This document shows positions 35,801 to 50,800 of a stretch of 64,000 bases of DNA, in pieces. This stretch comes from Antedon mediterranea. Lineage: Eukaryota; Animalia; Echinodermata. The notes beneath the pieces are model-generated. The model saw only the letters and a program-made list of their open reading frames with translations. It searched no databases and was not told where the DNA came from. Both the position numbers and the translations under genes were made by a program. Positions within the stretch are counted from its first letter, which is position 1. Each line of letters starts with the position of its first letter. The stretch lies in contig NC_092673.1 in assembly GCF_964355755.1 (NCBI RefSeq), forward strand, positions 35,337,648-35,401,647, in the 5' to 3' direction.

Positions 35801-38800
35801 TAAGTTTTTTATTACTCCCCTACAATAATGGACCTCTCCACCAACCATGTCCTGACGTGTGTATGCTCCAACATACCACCACCATAATCATTTTGTTTAG
35901 TTGACAGCAGCACTCATATGATATGCCAACACCATTGTTGGTTTGCATAAAAATCGGGCAAGTAACAACTACAGATCCTACTAAATTTAACTAGAGTAGC
36001 AACCCCTATTAAGGGGACACCTTAGGGAGTCGACCTAACAAAGTGTCCCATTGATTGGCCGTGTTAAAGATATTTTCCCTTGTTTATTTCGTGACAAATT
36101 TTCTTTTTAATAGAGGTGTCCCCTGAATAGGGGTTCCACTGTAGCTTTGTTTCAACGTAGTTGCAGCAAAATAGTGGTACTATTCACAAACAAAGTAAAG
36201 TTTCTGCCACTTGAGGTGCAAGTTGAGATAGGTGATGGCCTAGATTCAATGTGGTACTATTCACAAACAAAGTAAAGTTTCTGCCACTTGAGGTGCAAGT
36301 TGAGATAGGTGATGGCCTAGATTCAATGTGGTACTATTCACAAACAAAGTAAAGTGTGCCACTTGAGGTGCAAGTTGAGATAGGTGATGGCCTAGATTCA
36401 ATGTGGTACTATTCACAAACAAAGTAAAGTTTCTGCCACTTGAGGTGCAAGTTGAGATAGGTGATGGCCTAGATTCAATGTGGTACTATTCACAAACAAA
36501 GTAAAGTGTGCCACTTGAGGTGCAAGTTGAGATAGGTGATGGCCTAGATTCAATGTGGTACTATTCACAAACAAAGTAAAGTGTGCCACTTGAGGTGCAA
36601 GTTGAGATAGGTGATGGCCTAGATTCAATGTGGTACTATTCACAAACAAAGTAAAGTGTGCCACTTGAGGTGCAAGTTGAGATAGGTGATGGCCTAGATT
36701 CAATGTGGTACTATTCACAAACAAAGTAAAGTGTGCCACTTGAGGTGCAAGTTGAGATAGGTGATGGCCTAGATTCAATGTGGTACTATTCACAAACAAA
36801 GTAAAGTTTCTGCCACTTGAGGTGCAAGTTGAGATAGGTGATGGCCTAGATTCAATGTGGTACTATTCACAAACAAAGTAAAGTGTGCCACTTGAGGTGC
36901 AAGTTGAGATAGGTGATGGCCTAGATTCAATGTGGTACTATTCACAAACAAAGTAAAGTGTGCCACTTGAGGTGCAAGTTGAGATAGGTGATGGCCTAGA
37001 TTCAATGTGGTACTATTCACAAACAAAGTAAAGTGTGCCACTTGAGGTGCAAGTTGAGATAGGTGATGGCCTAGATTCAATGTGGTACTATTCACAAACA
37101 AAGTAAAGTGTGCCACTTGAGGTGCAAGTTGAGATAGGTGATGGCCTAGATTCAATGTGGTACTATTCACAAACAAAGTAAAGTTTCTGCCACTTGAGGT
37201 GCAAGTTGAGATAGGTGATGGCCTAGATTCAATGTGGTACTATTCACAAACAAAGTAAAGTGTGCCACTTGAGGTGCAAGTTGAGATAGGTGATGGCCTA
37301 GATTCAATGTGGTACTATTCACAAACAAAGTAAAGTGTGCCACTTGAGGTGCAAGTTGAGATAGGTGATGGCCTAGATTCAATGTGGTACTATTCACAAA
37401 CAAAGTAAAGTGTGCCACTTGAGGTGCAAGTTGAGATAGGTGATGGCCTAGATTCAATGTGGTACTATTCACAAACAAAGTAAAGTGTGCCACTTGAGGT
37501 GCAAGTTGAGATAGGTGATGGCCTAGATTCAATGTGGTACTATTCACAAACAAAGTAAAGTGTGCCACTTGAGGTGCAAGTTGAGATAGGTGATGGCCTA
37601 GATTCAATGTGGTACTATTCACAAACAAAGTAAAGTGTGCCACTTGAGGTGCAAGTTGAGATAGGTGATGGCCTAGATTCAATGTGGTACTATTCACAAA
37701 CAAAGTAAAGTGTGCCACTTGAGGTGCAAGTTGAGATAGGTGATGGCCTAGATTCAATGTGGTACTATTCACAAACAAAGTAAAGTGTGCCACTTGAGGT
37801 GCAAGTTGAGATAGGTGATGGCCTAGATTCAATGTGGTACTATTCACAAACAAAGTAAAGTTTCTGCCACTTGAGGTGCAAGTTGAGATAGGTGATGGCC
37901 TAGATTCAATGTGGTACTATTCACAAACAAAGTAAAGTGTGCCACTTGAGGTGCAAGTTGAGATAGGTGATGGCCTAGATTCAATGTGGTACTATTCACA
38001 AACAAAGTAAAGTGTGCCACTTGAGGTGCAAGTTGAGATAGGTGATGGCCTAGATTCAATGTGGTACTATTCACAAACAAAGTAAAGTGTGCCACTTGAG
38101 GTGCAAGTTGAGATAGGTGATGGCCTAGATTCAATGTGGTACTATTCACAAACAAAGTAAAGTGTGCCACTTGAGGTGCAAGTTGAGATAGGTGATGGCC
38201 TAGATTCAATGTGGTACTATTCACAAACAAAGTAAAGTGTGCCACTTGAGGTGCAAGTTGAGATAGGTGATGGCCTAGATTCAATGTGGTACTATTCACA
38301 AACAAAGTAAAGTATTGATGTATTGGAACTGCTTTAAAAGGAGATAACCTAGATTTATGTACTTTTTTCTATTAATGTATACATTAATAGCACAACTTGA
38401 TAGCCTGGAGATATAGTTGTATGCACAACAGAGTTTGGCTTGTCACCAAATTACACATTATTAACACAAAAATACACCAGATAGTGTCAGGTATTAAAAC
38501 AATGGTTTACCGTCAAGTGGGAAGTTTAACAAGGGCGGGTGGAAAAGTTTTGCTTTTTAAATGTTTTTTTTTAATAGATTTTTGAATAATTTGTTTTCTT
38601 AAATTTTCCAACACAGGGAAGAAGTGAAGAAAGTTTTAAATTATTAAAATGCATGATATATGCACGTGGTAACTTTATTTGACAAAAAAATGAAATGTGC
38701 CCAAATATGGTAGTAATATGACATCACCACAGTGTAGACAGAGCTTTAGGACATTGTACTGTACTACATCTACCAACCATAGGTCAAACAAGTTTCATTA

Positions 38801-41800
38801 ACTTTGTTCCGTAAATGTAACAAGGCCAGGTTTGAAGACAGGAAAAGGATGTCCATTATTATCAAATTAAAATTCTAAAAATAATGGTAGAAATTGCTTA
38901 TTATCTGAGATTAATGTTTTATCTTAATTATAACTACTTAGTATTATTACCTTTGAAACTAAAAATAAATCTATTGTTTCATAATCATCATTTAATTATT
39001 GTTTTAATTATTTTCAGATACTGATTATGTGATAGCTTTGTAAAATGCTGATTTATTTATTAATTGGATATGATTTTAATTATTATCATGATTAGTGTTT
39101 AATTTATTTGTTCCATTGTTATGTATTATGATTTGCTATTGTTATTTCATAATCAAAAACAATGTTACCATAGAAACCCTCTGGAACACATTAAGATGAC
39201 AATGTTACCATACAGTGTAAACCCTCTGGAACACATTAAGATGACAATGTTACCATAGAGAGTGTAAACCCTCTGGAACACATTAAGATGACAATGTTAC
39301 CATACAGAGTGTAAACCCTCTTGAACACATTAAGATGACAATGTTACCATACAGAGTGTAAACCCTCTTGAACACATTAAGATGGTAAACCCTCTGGAAC
39401 ACATTAAGATGACACTTTTCCATAACAAACAAGGAGGAATATGTGTTTCAACACTACAGCCATCCATTATTCAAGGAATCACCTCCATTAAGGGTACACT
39501 TTGTTTGGTCTCAAAATTGTCCCTAATAGAGGTTCCACTGCATGTAAAAGGCAGATCTGATTGGTGACATACAGTATATGGAAAATTCATATATGGGCAC
39601 ATCACAGTCACAGTAAAGTTTTATAGTGTAGACAGAGCTTTAGATTGTGCAATCATGTTGGATCTATTTTTAAAGTGAACTGAGCATTGCAAAGTAGAAA
39701 ATACTGTATTAAATTGGATGAACAAACCGGTATAAGTTTTAAAAAGCATTATAATTTGGAAATTCAGAGAGTTATTTCTTTGTTATATTGTTTTTTTATA
39801 GTTTTTTTTGTTTTTATTTCAACTTTAATTATAGAGGTACGTCCAGGGTATAAAATACATAGAAAAGATAAATTACAATACATTATTTAAACATGTAAAT
39901 AGCATACATATTTTATAATTCAATGGTTTTTACAGTAACGTAAATCTTAGTATGAATGCACTTTTTATGAATCGGGAATAGTTTTAATATGCTTTTCATA
40001 TTTTTGATTGAATACATATTAATTAATTTTTTTTAATAGGTCTAAACTTGGTTCATTGTTTGGTATGGATCGAGCCAATACACAAGATGGTAATCAGTCG
40101 CTACAGTATATTGCGCCTAAGCAGCCTAAGAAAGGAAAGTCAGCTAAATGTAAGTTATTCATGGTAATCAGTCGTTACAGTATATTGCGCCTAAGCAGCC
40201 TAAGAAAGGAAAGTCAGCTAAATGTAAGTTATTCATGGTAATCAGTCGTTACAGTATATTGCGCCTAAGCAGCCTAAGAAAGGAAAGTCAGCTAAATGTA
40301 AGTTATTAATGTTAGAACTAGAACGCACATGTGAGACACCTCTATTCAGGAGACGTCACACGCCTATTAAGCGGACACTTAGTTAGGTCCGGAAGGTGTC
40401 CCTTTAGTAGACATTCTACTGTATACAAGGGATCATGTCAAACTATTCTACTGCAGATACTGCAGTATCTTTTTTTTCACTGATTTTAGTTTGTTCAGTG
40501 TCTTTTTTTGTGACTTTTTGAGGTTTTCATTGCAATAAACAGTGTATATGATTACCCTAAACAAGTTTGCTAAAATAAGCATTGAATCAGGTTAAAGAGT
40601 AAACAACATATAGTTTACTGCAGTAACTGCAGTAGAATAATTTTGACATGCCCTCTAATGAGGATTAATTCATTTATTTGCTGACGTATATATTTTGATA
40701 CTTGGTGACAAAAACTGTTGATCTATTTCTGGATGTCATGTCATACAAGATTCAATACGGTATGTAAAACAAATGTTAGTCAGAAATAGCCAGTGTACAG
40801 CAAATTTAAAACAACATTTTTTAAAATCATGTTTAATATGCATGAATCATAAAATAACACTTTTGTTGTTTAAAAGGTAAGGCTCTTTTATACTTCTCAA
40901 ACCATAATACTATTTTTATTTCTCTTTTATAGCTACCTGTAGCGTTAAACTCATTTCCATATTTAAGTTCATTATAAATAGTGCATTACAACCTATACAA
41001 TATAAAACATGGTTTCCAATACAAAAAATAGTTTCCTTAGTACTACTGTCACCATTACTTATGACAGCCAATGAGAATCAATGTTATAAGTCATGTGACC
41101 AGGTGTCAACTTAGCTCGCTGTGTATTCATGCCCTTCTTTACTGATTGCGTCGTGTTAGGCCCTTAGCAAAGGGGAAACGGCAAATATAATTTTTGACGG
41201 TAGGATTTTACGGGCTTCCTATGGGGCAAGACTACGTCCATATTGAAGCTTAGTGTCAGTAGATTTGCACTATTTTTGGGAATATTTTATGGACAAACTT
41301 GGATATTAGTGTTTTGTAAAATGCCAATTGGATTCCGGAAGAAATCGAAAGGTTTGTACATGACAATTGTCACAAATTTTTATTTCAAGATGACTCACTC
41401 AAATAAATCGGTAATTTCATTGTGTCTGTTACTGTATTTCCTAAAGTTCTAAATAATTTGATAACAAGTTGTAACAATGCTTAATTGCGATTTATACAGA
41501 TTTGTTTGCATATTTCTTTTGTCTTATAATTGGGAATTAGTTTCGGAAAAACATTATGCGATAACATATTTTACAAAGGTCATAATCAAATTGACCTTTT
41601 TCTTATTGTTTCGTTTTGGCCATTTGTGTACAAAATTGTTTAATGTGTATACGTTTTGTTTGCGTGTGTTTTCATTGAAATCACTGAAATAACTTGGACA
41701 CGCCATGTTGACACGCCAAAAAGGTGACTGCAGAGCTTTGGTATTTACAACATGCACAATATATATTTTTTCTTTTATTCGAAAAAAATAAGTTTTGTTT

Positions 41801-44800
41801 TTTTATATTATTTTTACTATTGTTCAATATAATGTTTTGACTATTTTTTTTACCCTTTAATATCCGAACTTATAACACATAAAAACACATGCTGTTATTG
41901 ACTTGCAATAGACATCTGTTCAGTTTCATAGAGTGTTCATGTCACATTTCAGAACATTCAGTTAGAGTCAGGCAGAACTACAACAAACTGCTAGCTTGTC
42001 ACAGTAGTTTTATTTTTTACTGCTAACGGTCTTTGGAATAATACAGTATAAAATAGAGGATAATGTAGTATTATAATCAGTTTGAAAAATATTAATATAT
42101 CCATAAATTTTAGTAATAAGTTGAACTTGCACCACATTTACACGATTCAATTTGTACGATTTCAGCAAGGCTTCTTGATCCATTACTACGAATTCGCAGT
42201 CCGAATCAGGTATGGATTCAAATCGTACAATTTTGTGAACGATCCTATGCTTTATCACTGAACCCATTTTCCACGATATTTTTCTCAGGGCACTGAACCG
42301 AATGTGAAAGCAGTTTAAGCCATGTTAATTAATTGCAGGAACATTTGGACCTGCTTTCATACTCGATTCCTCTACACAGTTTTGGTAGATTCAAGCGACG
42401 ACCAGCATGCGTAGGTCATAGGTCACGACGAATCAAAACCTCTTCATTTTGTGAATACAAACCATGTAACCTAAATATGAAATGAATTTAACATATTTTA
42501 AGTTAGAAATGTTTATGACACACTCGTTTGATAATTATTATTTTGTCTGAGTATTTCGTATGTCACCAACTGAGGAAAACAACTTTATTGAGGCTATTAG
42601 ACATAATACAGCATCCCATAGGTATACTGTTTTATCAATGATAAATGAACACATATACTATAGACTGACCAAAACATGTTGTCATTTTGAATGTACAACT
42701 ACAGTATGTAAAATAAAATTTGTTTTGTCTCACTGCATATAAATTATCACTACAGCATTACAAAAATTATTATGTCATAATTAGTAGCTAGACCAACTGC
42801 TACGAATTTTATGATCACCTATTTTGCATAGGTCTTTAAAAGTTTTAGTCCAGGGGTGCACAATGAGAGTACTGCTCTGTTCCTCTTGAAAGCCTGTTAG
42901 CTACTCTATGCCTCTATAAGGTCCATGCTACTCTGTGCCTCTATAAGGTCCATGCTACTCTGTGCCTCTATAAGGTCCATGCTACTCTGTGCCTCTATAA
43001 GGTCCATGCTACTCTGTGCCTCTATAAGGTCCATGCTACTCCGTTCCTCTATTAGGTCTGTACTACTCTGTGCATTTGGAAGACAGTCCTAAACCTCTTG
43101 TTGATGAGTATTGACACAATGTAGTTTCTTTCTAATGTAATTAATCTACCAGGTTCCTAATTTCATTAACTTTATGCCTTTGCACAATTAACCTTGATTC
43201 CTTATGACATTATGGTATTCCCAGGGAATAATACTAGATTGGTTGTACAGTATGTACCTGTTAAAGACCAACTCCTAAACTATGAGCATGTTTTTATGGA
43301 TACTGGCACAGTATAATGTAATTATTCTGCCAGGTTCCTACTTTTTTTAGGCATATATCCATTTGTAAAGTTAACCTTGATGCCTTATGACACTGGCACA
43401 TCTCAGGGAATAATTCCATTATTGTCAGTTTAGTTATTCAATCAATCTGTGTACAACCTTGAACTGAGAATCTTGCATGTGCTCCGTTTGTTCCATTTTC
43501 CAGGAACATTATTTTGTTTATTTTATTTTGTTTAGTTCGTTTTTCATATTTCAACAGATACATTTGTTCATGACAAATGATACAGAATATTATTAGATTT
43601 CCTGTTGAGTCACCTGGTTATATTTGTAGGTAACAAACCAAATTATTTTTTTTAGCCAAAATAAATCTTTCATGGAAAGAATTAGGACAATTTCATGTCC
43701 AGGATTTCATTGTATTTTTTTTTTGATGCAGGGTTTATTATTAATATTTTTGTGACTGTTTCTAGTTTAAACAAATTAGATATTTTTGCATCAAAAGCAT
43801 GATTAATTTAAATTTGCCATAAATTAAAAAGTTTGAGTTGCCAATATTTAGGAATCTTGGTTAGTTTAAAAACAATATTTTTATATTAAATACATAGAAC
43901 ATTTTAGTTTTCTTTAGAACAAAACCAGAATACATTCATTTCCAAGTTGCCAAAATGCATTTTTTCTTTTGTGAAGAGAATAAAGCAATTCAACAAGATA
44001 CTAGATAGACTAAGATACTAATAGATATTGAAGGAATCTTTTGGTTACACCAACCATTGTCATCGACATGATGAAAAACCTGCCAAAATGAACCTCTTCT
44101 GGATATAATTGCCATGATGTGTCCTTGATCTTGATGATAGCGGAGTTTTCAAAAAATATTTGTAAATTTTAAAAAGTTCTCGCCCCTGTTTCTATGAAGG
44201 TTGGGACTAGTCTCTTTCTCAAATACACTTTTCATAAACTATACTTCGTTTATTAAAAAATAAACTGTTTTTATAACTTATAAAATTTCACACAATTTAT
44301 TCAAATCTTATATTCTTTTAACTGTGTTCACTCAACCATGCAGCATAGACAATTTGCATTTTGTGGCACACCATGTGTGCATTAGACAATACACCGTAGT
44401 AGTCTATTTATTCTAGTCTCAAAATAGTAGCGTGAAGGAAACAGTGCTGTACTGTTCCATGCATGTAGGTGGATTTATGATACAAGAAAAAAAATAAAAG
44501 AATGGAAAGAACTGTACCCGTATTAGCATAGTGCTTTATTGACTAATACATCTATTGAATTGAGCTTACAACATTGAGTCAGACTTGTTCATTATGTCGG
44601 TCTAAACATCCTCAAGTCTCCCTTGTGTCATTGGCTAAATTTTTCAGATTAGATTCTGTAGACTTATGTTTTTTAAATTTTTTTAAAACTGTTCTTTTAA
44701 TCTTCTTTCCTCTCTAAACTATAAGCATAACACAAATTTGTATTCAAAACAAAATTATAATAATTTCTTAAATGTTTAAATATACAAGTTTGTATCCCAC

Positions 44801-47800
44801 CCTTGCAACATTAATTTTAAATTATCAATTTGTGTTTATTGACTCCTATTTCTCTAGAGTTACTTGTAATTTATTAAAACCTGTTCACAAGCAATTTGTC
44901 AGGTATTAGCAAATGGTTCACATCTCCCTTGAGCTAGAGATAGTTTTTGAGTAACAGTGTTGCCAAACTGATAACAGAATGCGCAACTATTAGGATATTA
45001 TGTAGGAAATATCAATAGCAAGTACCTAGGGACAATTATAGAAATTAAATAACAAGTCACACTTTTAACCTCCGATTAGAGCCATGTGTTTTTGCTAGGC
45101 CTAAATCTGCTTTTTATTTTCTTGTTTATTTTGTTAATATATCACTTTATTGTTACCATATTCCAATGTGAAATTTGCATCTTCTTTAAACCATATGTTA
45201 TTAATTGCAACCTATCTTCTTAATAGGTAAAAGGAGACTGAACCCTGTGCTAGATTTTTGGAAAAACAATAATACATACATAACATACAGTTCAGATCAG
45301 TACTTTGATTCATACTTCAGCCTGGCTATTTCAAGATCTTTGATCCACCCCCTCATTGCTATCGATCTTATTATAATACATCACTGCATATGGTTCTATT
45401 AAATTTACCATCATAATCTTTGATTTATTCAAATATTTTTTAATCAATACTGTATTACTCAGTGGATGATTTAAAACACAAAATAATGTTCTCTATCTGA
45501 AGGTTCCTACTATGAAAGTGTTATCAGATTTCTCGTCCAGTTACGGAAACTTGGTTCGCACAAGGTCGCAACACAGTCTGTACTGTATGCGGAACATAAG
45601 CAATTTGACCAATCACAAGTGATGGATTATTCCAACTGTCGCTTGTCATTGGTCAACTCACTTGCGTTGCGCTTATGTCCTTGTGTCGTGTCCTAGTGGG
45701 AACCAAGCTTTAGCATATCAAGTGATGGATTATTCCAACTGTGTCCTTGTGTCGTGTCCTAGTGGGAACCAAGCTTTAGCATATCAAGTGATGGATTATT
45801 CCAACTGTGTCCTTGTGTCGTGTCCTAGTGGGAACCAAGCTTTAGCATATCAAGTGATGGATTATTCCAACTGTGTCCTTGTGTCGTGTCCTAGTGGGAA
45901 CCAAGCTTTAGCATATCAATTTAAAGGAAAAGCAATAATATTCAACAAAATTGTTGAGTTGACAAGATTTTCCTAAAATGTTTATCTTTGTGATCTGAAA
46001 CTATAAGTGAAAATGAAATAAATTGAAAATTAATTTATATAACTCAACTACATAATAAAGCAACATGAAATGATGTTATTCATTTTCACTATTCTATGGT
46101 CACAAGGAAGCCAGATGATTTTAATTTATAGAATTATACTTTTGCCGGGACTTTTGCTTTCTTAGTATTCAGGTTTGTTGACATCTTGTAACCATGGCAT
46201 CGGAATAAACATATTGTGTTGGATACCATTGGATTTAAAGGCTCTTGCTTTTTCCGAAATGCCTAAAAACATTCTCTAATCTAAAATGTTCCACAGTTTT
46301 ACTCATTGCAACATTTTTAAAAGAACCATTCATATTGGAGTCTTTGAATGAAAACAGACCCTTGAAATGGTGTCCGATTATTTTGACTGCCAGACATTTC
46401 GGCTAAATTCATGACGTGCCAATCTTGTCATAATTTATTCACCATCGTCTTTATTAAGTACAATTAAGGGTTAGGCCAACTTTACTCACCATTGCCTAGA
46501 GGGATACACTTTTTGTCAACTTGGCTTAAGTCAAATGAACTTGATAAATACTTTGGCCTTGGTAACAAACCGTGTATTTGGATCAAAATGAACGGTGGTC
46601 ATATGCCCTTTGACATTTGATGAATTCTACTTAAAAATTGCATTGGAGGTACACGACAAACGCTTTCTAAGTTGGCCTCTTACTCAGCATTGGAGGTACA
46701 CGACAAACGCTTTCTAAGTTGGCCTCTTACTCAGCATTGGAGGTACACGACAAACGCTTTCTAAGTTGGCCTCTTACTCGGCAAGTTTGAGGATTCATAC
46801 AAGGGGTTTATCAATCATCTTTGAGTCATATTTCTATTCTTTAATTGAACAATACCTAATTATCATTTACTTCCCCATAACTCATTCATTCATTTCCTAT
46901 TTTTTTATCACTTTCTATTTTGACCTTTCAGTTGACCTAGTTAACCTTCCTCGTCGCGTCTCCTCTACCCCTTTATTCGTTTAGTCTCTAATCTCTAAAC
47001 CAATCTGTTGTGTCATTTTTCAGGATTGTGTTAAATATAGCCACAACCTTGCCCTCATGACACTTTTTGTAATTTCAAAATGTTTGTTGTTTTCCAACAA
47101 TTATAATGTTTTTTTAAATAATTTACACTGTTTCAATTGTTATTGTTTTTATACATCCAATACAATTTTATTTTTGGCTTGAATCAAGAACAGACACATA
47201 TACAGTACTTGTTCAAATGAGTACCCTGGTCGAATACGGTTCTTCAGTGAAGACAATTTCTGAGATGCATGGACGAATTCCATTCTTAGATCCAGCCTAT
47301 AGAAATTGTCGGAGCATCATCGGCATTTTCACCAATCACACTTAAGTGAGGTTTTCCCTTACTGTAACTCAATCAATATCAAAGTATTTCTCTTAAATTG
47401 TATTCACTTTGATAGAAAATATTTCTTAATACTAAGTGTAAGTGTTTCCCTTAGCCTAAGTGTGATTGGTGAACACAGCCAGTGGGCCCCTGATAAATTT
47501 CAACATTTACAAAGACAGGATGTTCAGCATTTCATTTTACCGTTTTTAGGCCCTCATCTTCTTCCCGCCCCCCCCCCCCCTCCTCCTAAATAAAAATATA
47601 GAACTTTAAAGGCATGAAAATTTAGTTTTTACAAGTGATTAAAACTATTATACAAAAGAACATACAATGTTCAAGAGAAAGGGAAAATAAAAATGAATGT
47701 AGAAAAGGTTGCCTCCTCATTTCCTTTGTCCAACACAAGATTAGATACTAATTTGAATTACGCCCACTTACAAATCTTTGACTAATGAACAGATTTTAAT

Positions 47801-50800
47801 TTACTGCCCATGGACTGTTACGCAGTAGATACAGTAAATGACAGATGAAGCAACACTTGTGGCTCATTAGGTCATAAAGTTCAACCCATACACAATGTGT
47901 AATCATGTGTAATTTAGTTGAAAGTAATGACTTTGAGTAAGTGTGGGTCCTAATCACATGCAACATATTTTTCTCCAGCTGTATTGTTTTATACATTGGT
48001 TAAATATTAATAATAAAAAATGAATAATATAACCAGGTGGCTATGGTCTTGTTCAGACGTAGTTATTTACCCAGGTGTCGTTGGCTTCATGAACCAATTA
48101 CTAACTTGGTGTGTAGATCCTCCCCCTCCCCCATAAAACCTGAATGCACCCTGTGTGACTACTGTTTTTAATCAATTAATAGTTTGATTTATATAGCGCC
48201 ATTTCTGGAACGTTTAATAAAAGCAATAGTGATTCAATGTTGAACGATACTAATATTAAGGATTGAGGTGAAAAATGTTCATTGTTACCTGTACTATGCG
48301 TATACTCAGCTCATACAGTAAACTTTCTCTCTAATTAATACCTAAACAATATAATGCTGATGTAGATAAACTCAACATACAGGTTAGTATACAGTAGGTG
48401 AAATGTAAGTAAATATGCATAATGTTCAGGTCTACAATGAGATTGGAAACTTCAAAGGTATGTAATTTCTAGTATTTTTTATTTAGTCACGAAAGCTATC
48501 ACAATGGCAATTGTTTAATTGTAAACATGTGTTAGTGATTATGATCATTTATTGGCTTATGAATTTTCATGTCGCAATGTGAACAATTTAAAAGAAAAAA
48601 AATAAAAGAATATAATCTCAAAGCATTGTTTTTCAGAGCCTTGGCCACAAGAAATAAAGTGGTTGCAAGAAAATGGAACAATCCCCTGTGGGGCAACTGA
48701 TGTTGTAAATGACCTCTGTCATAAAATAGTCAGGTTGAAACCTTACCAATCGTACTGCTGGCTACAGCTCTTTTTATAATATTGTTTTATAATATTGTTT
48801 TATTTAATTTGTTTCAGCTGGGAGTGGCAGTGGAGGTGGAGGTGGTTCAGAAGGAACTCAGGCCCAGGTGCTTCACGCGGTTGCTGTCCATGCATTCAGA
48901 TAGTAAGTCTTCATCTTGGCTATCTCTCCTATGTTCCTTGTTGGTGTTGATGGACTATATGATTACTTATTAATAACAATTCTGGTGTGAAAAGTCCTAC
49001 TGCATACAGGACACATGGTTCCAGGTGGCAGGTTGTGAATTTGAAGCTCTCTCTCTCTCTCTTTGCGTCTTGTTTTGGTAGGCGAACAACATCCACTCCA
49101 TCTTAATTGGCTTTTGATAATTAAGGCTTTAAAACTATTGAAAGCTGCTGAAATCATCATTGTTCGGACTGTTTGATTGATGCATGGATCACTTAATTAA
49201 TGATTTAATAATTTAACATTATCCAATTTTTACAATCGCATCTCCAAATTATCAAGTAACATTGATTCAAATTTATCCTTCATCATACAATATTTTGTAT
49301 TATCTTTTTCAGTACCAATAGTCAGTATGTGAAACAAGGAAAACTAGGGGCAGCCATTTTAGGTTATCATGGAATCACAGATGTAAGTGTTTTTAAACTG
49401 TGGTCATGGTTTTTTTCTTTATTCTTTTACTTACCATATATTCTTTATACTATATTGATTTTATAATACTATATTTAAATGACATTCATTTTTTTTTAAA
49501 TTTCTGAATTAATCTGTAATTTTCTTTCTTAACTTGTTCAATTTTGTGTTCATGTTTAGTACAAGCTTTTACTATATGTTAGCAAGCAACAGCAAGTCAC
49601 ACATGCAAAGATCACACCTAACTTTACATTCACAGTAAGTATACATAAATGGCAATCCACCCAATATGAAGGTGTAGATGGCGAACGCCATCAGATTCAA
49701 AGCTAAGAAATTTGTCCAATTGATTGAGTTTGGAGAGGGCACATTTGGAGCATGTGACCTTACAATCCCGTACAAACCAAGATTGACAGACAGGAGATTG
49801 CGTTTACAATAAGGTTGCTTGAAACACATTGACAACAAGTTTTTTAAGGTCTAAAAGTTCCCATTCCTTTGCTACTGTTCATTTTGAAAGCTAGTGTTCA
49901 TTTTGAAAAAAAATATGCCCAACCTCAAGATGTGCCCAACCTCAAGATGTGTAACTATGTTTGAGAGAGTTGGAATAATATGGCCAACCTCAAGATGTGT
50001 AACTATGTTTGAGAGAGTTGGAATAATATGGCCAACCTCAAGATGTGTAACTATGTTTGAGAGAGTTGGAATAATATGGCCAACCTCAAGACATGTAACT
50101 ATGTTTGAGAGTTGGAATAATATGGCCAACCTCAAGATGTGTAACTATGTTTGAGAGAGTTGGAAAATTGTGCCCAACCTCAAGATGTGTAACTATGTTT
50201 GAGAGAGTTGGAATAATGTTGTAATGTGCAAAAAGAAATTCACAATAAGTTTAATTATTATGTTAGAATAAAGAACATTTTGTATAATAAACATTTTTCC
50301 ATTCTTTCTGTTTTTTAGGTACAAGCCAATAACTATGCTACATTCTATGATGAACAACGTCAGAATTGGTCACTTATGTTCGACAGCGAAGACTCTGCTT
50401 TTGAATTCACAAAACAGGTAGCTGGTTTAAACACCTAGGATACATGCAAATTAAATCCATCATTAATTGAACCTTATTGGCTGCAGCATCTACAGTTTGC
50501 TTTCAGACTATTACACACAATGAAAAAAAAACAGCTACAAATTGGTATTTATTTCGTCCATTTTCCCCTCAATGTTAATAATTGCTAATTGTGTAGTGAG
50601 TAGTAGCCTATAATCTTAGATACTGTAGGGCTTGTGAGTTCTTGTTCAATTTGGTTCCATGTCTTGGATACTGTAGGGCTTGTGAGTTCTTGTTCAATTT
50701 GGTTTCATGTCTTGGATACTGTAGGGCTTGTGAGTTCTTGTTCAATTTGGTTCCATGTCATATTTGTAAATTCCATGTTAGTGAGAAGCTCGCTGACTAT

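Noticed and set aside
36413-38305. 128-228 aa repetitive minus-strand ORFs
   Set aside because: Open only because the 75-bp unit lacks stops in one frame; broken by the 77-bp variants, and no splice signals were found
48430-48457. AG/GT-bounded 28-nt segment before FKBP15 exon 3
   Set aside because: Introduces a TGA in the required phase and has a weak pyrimidine tract
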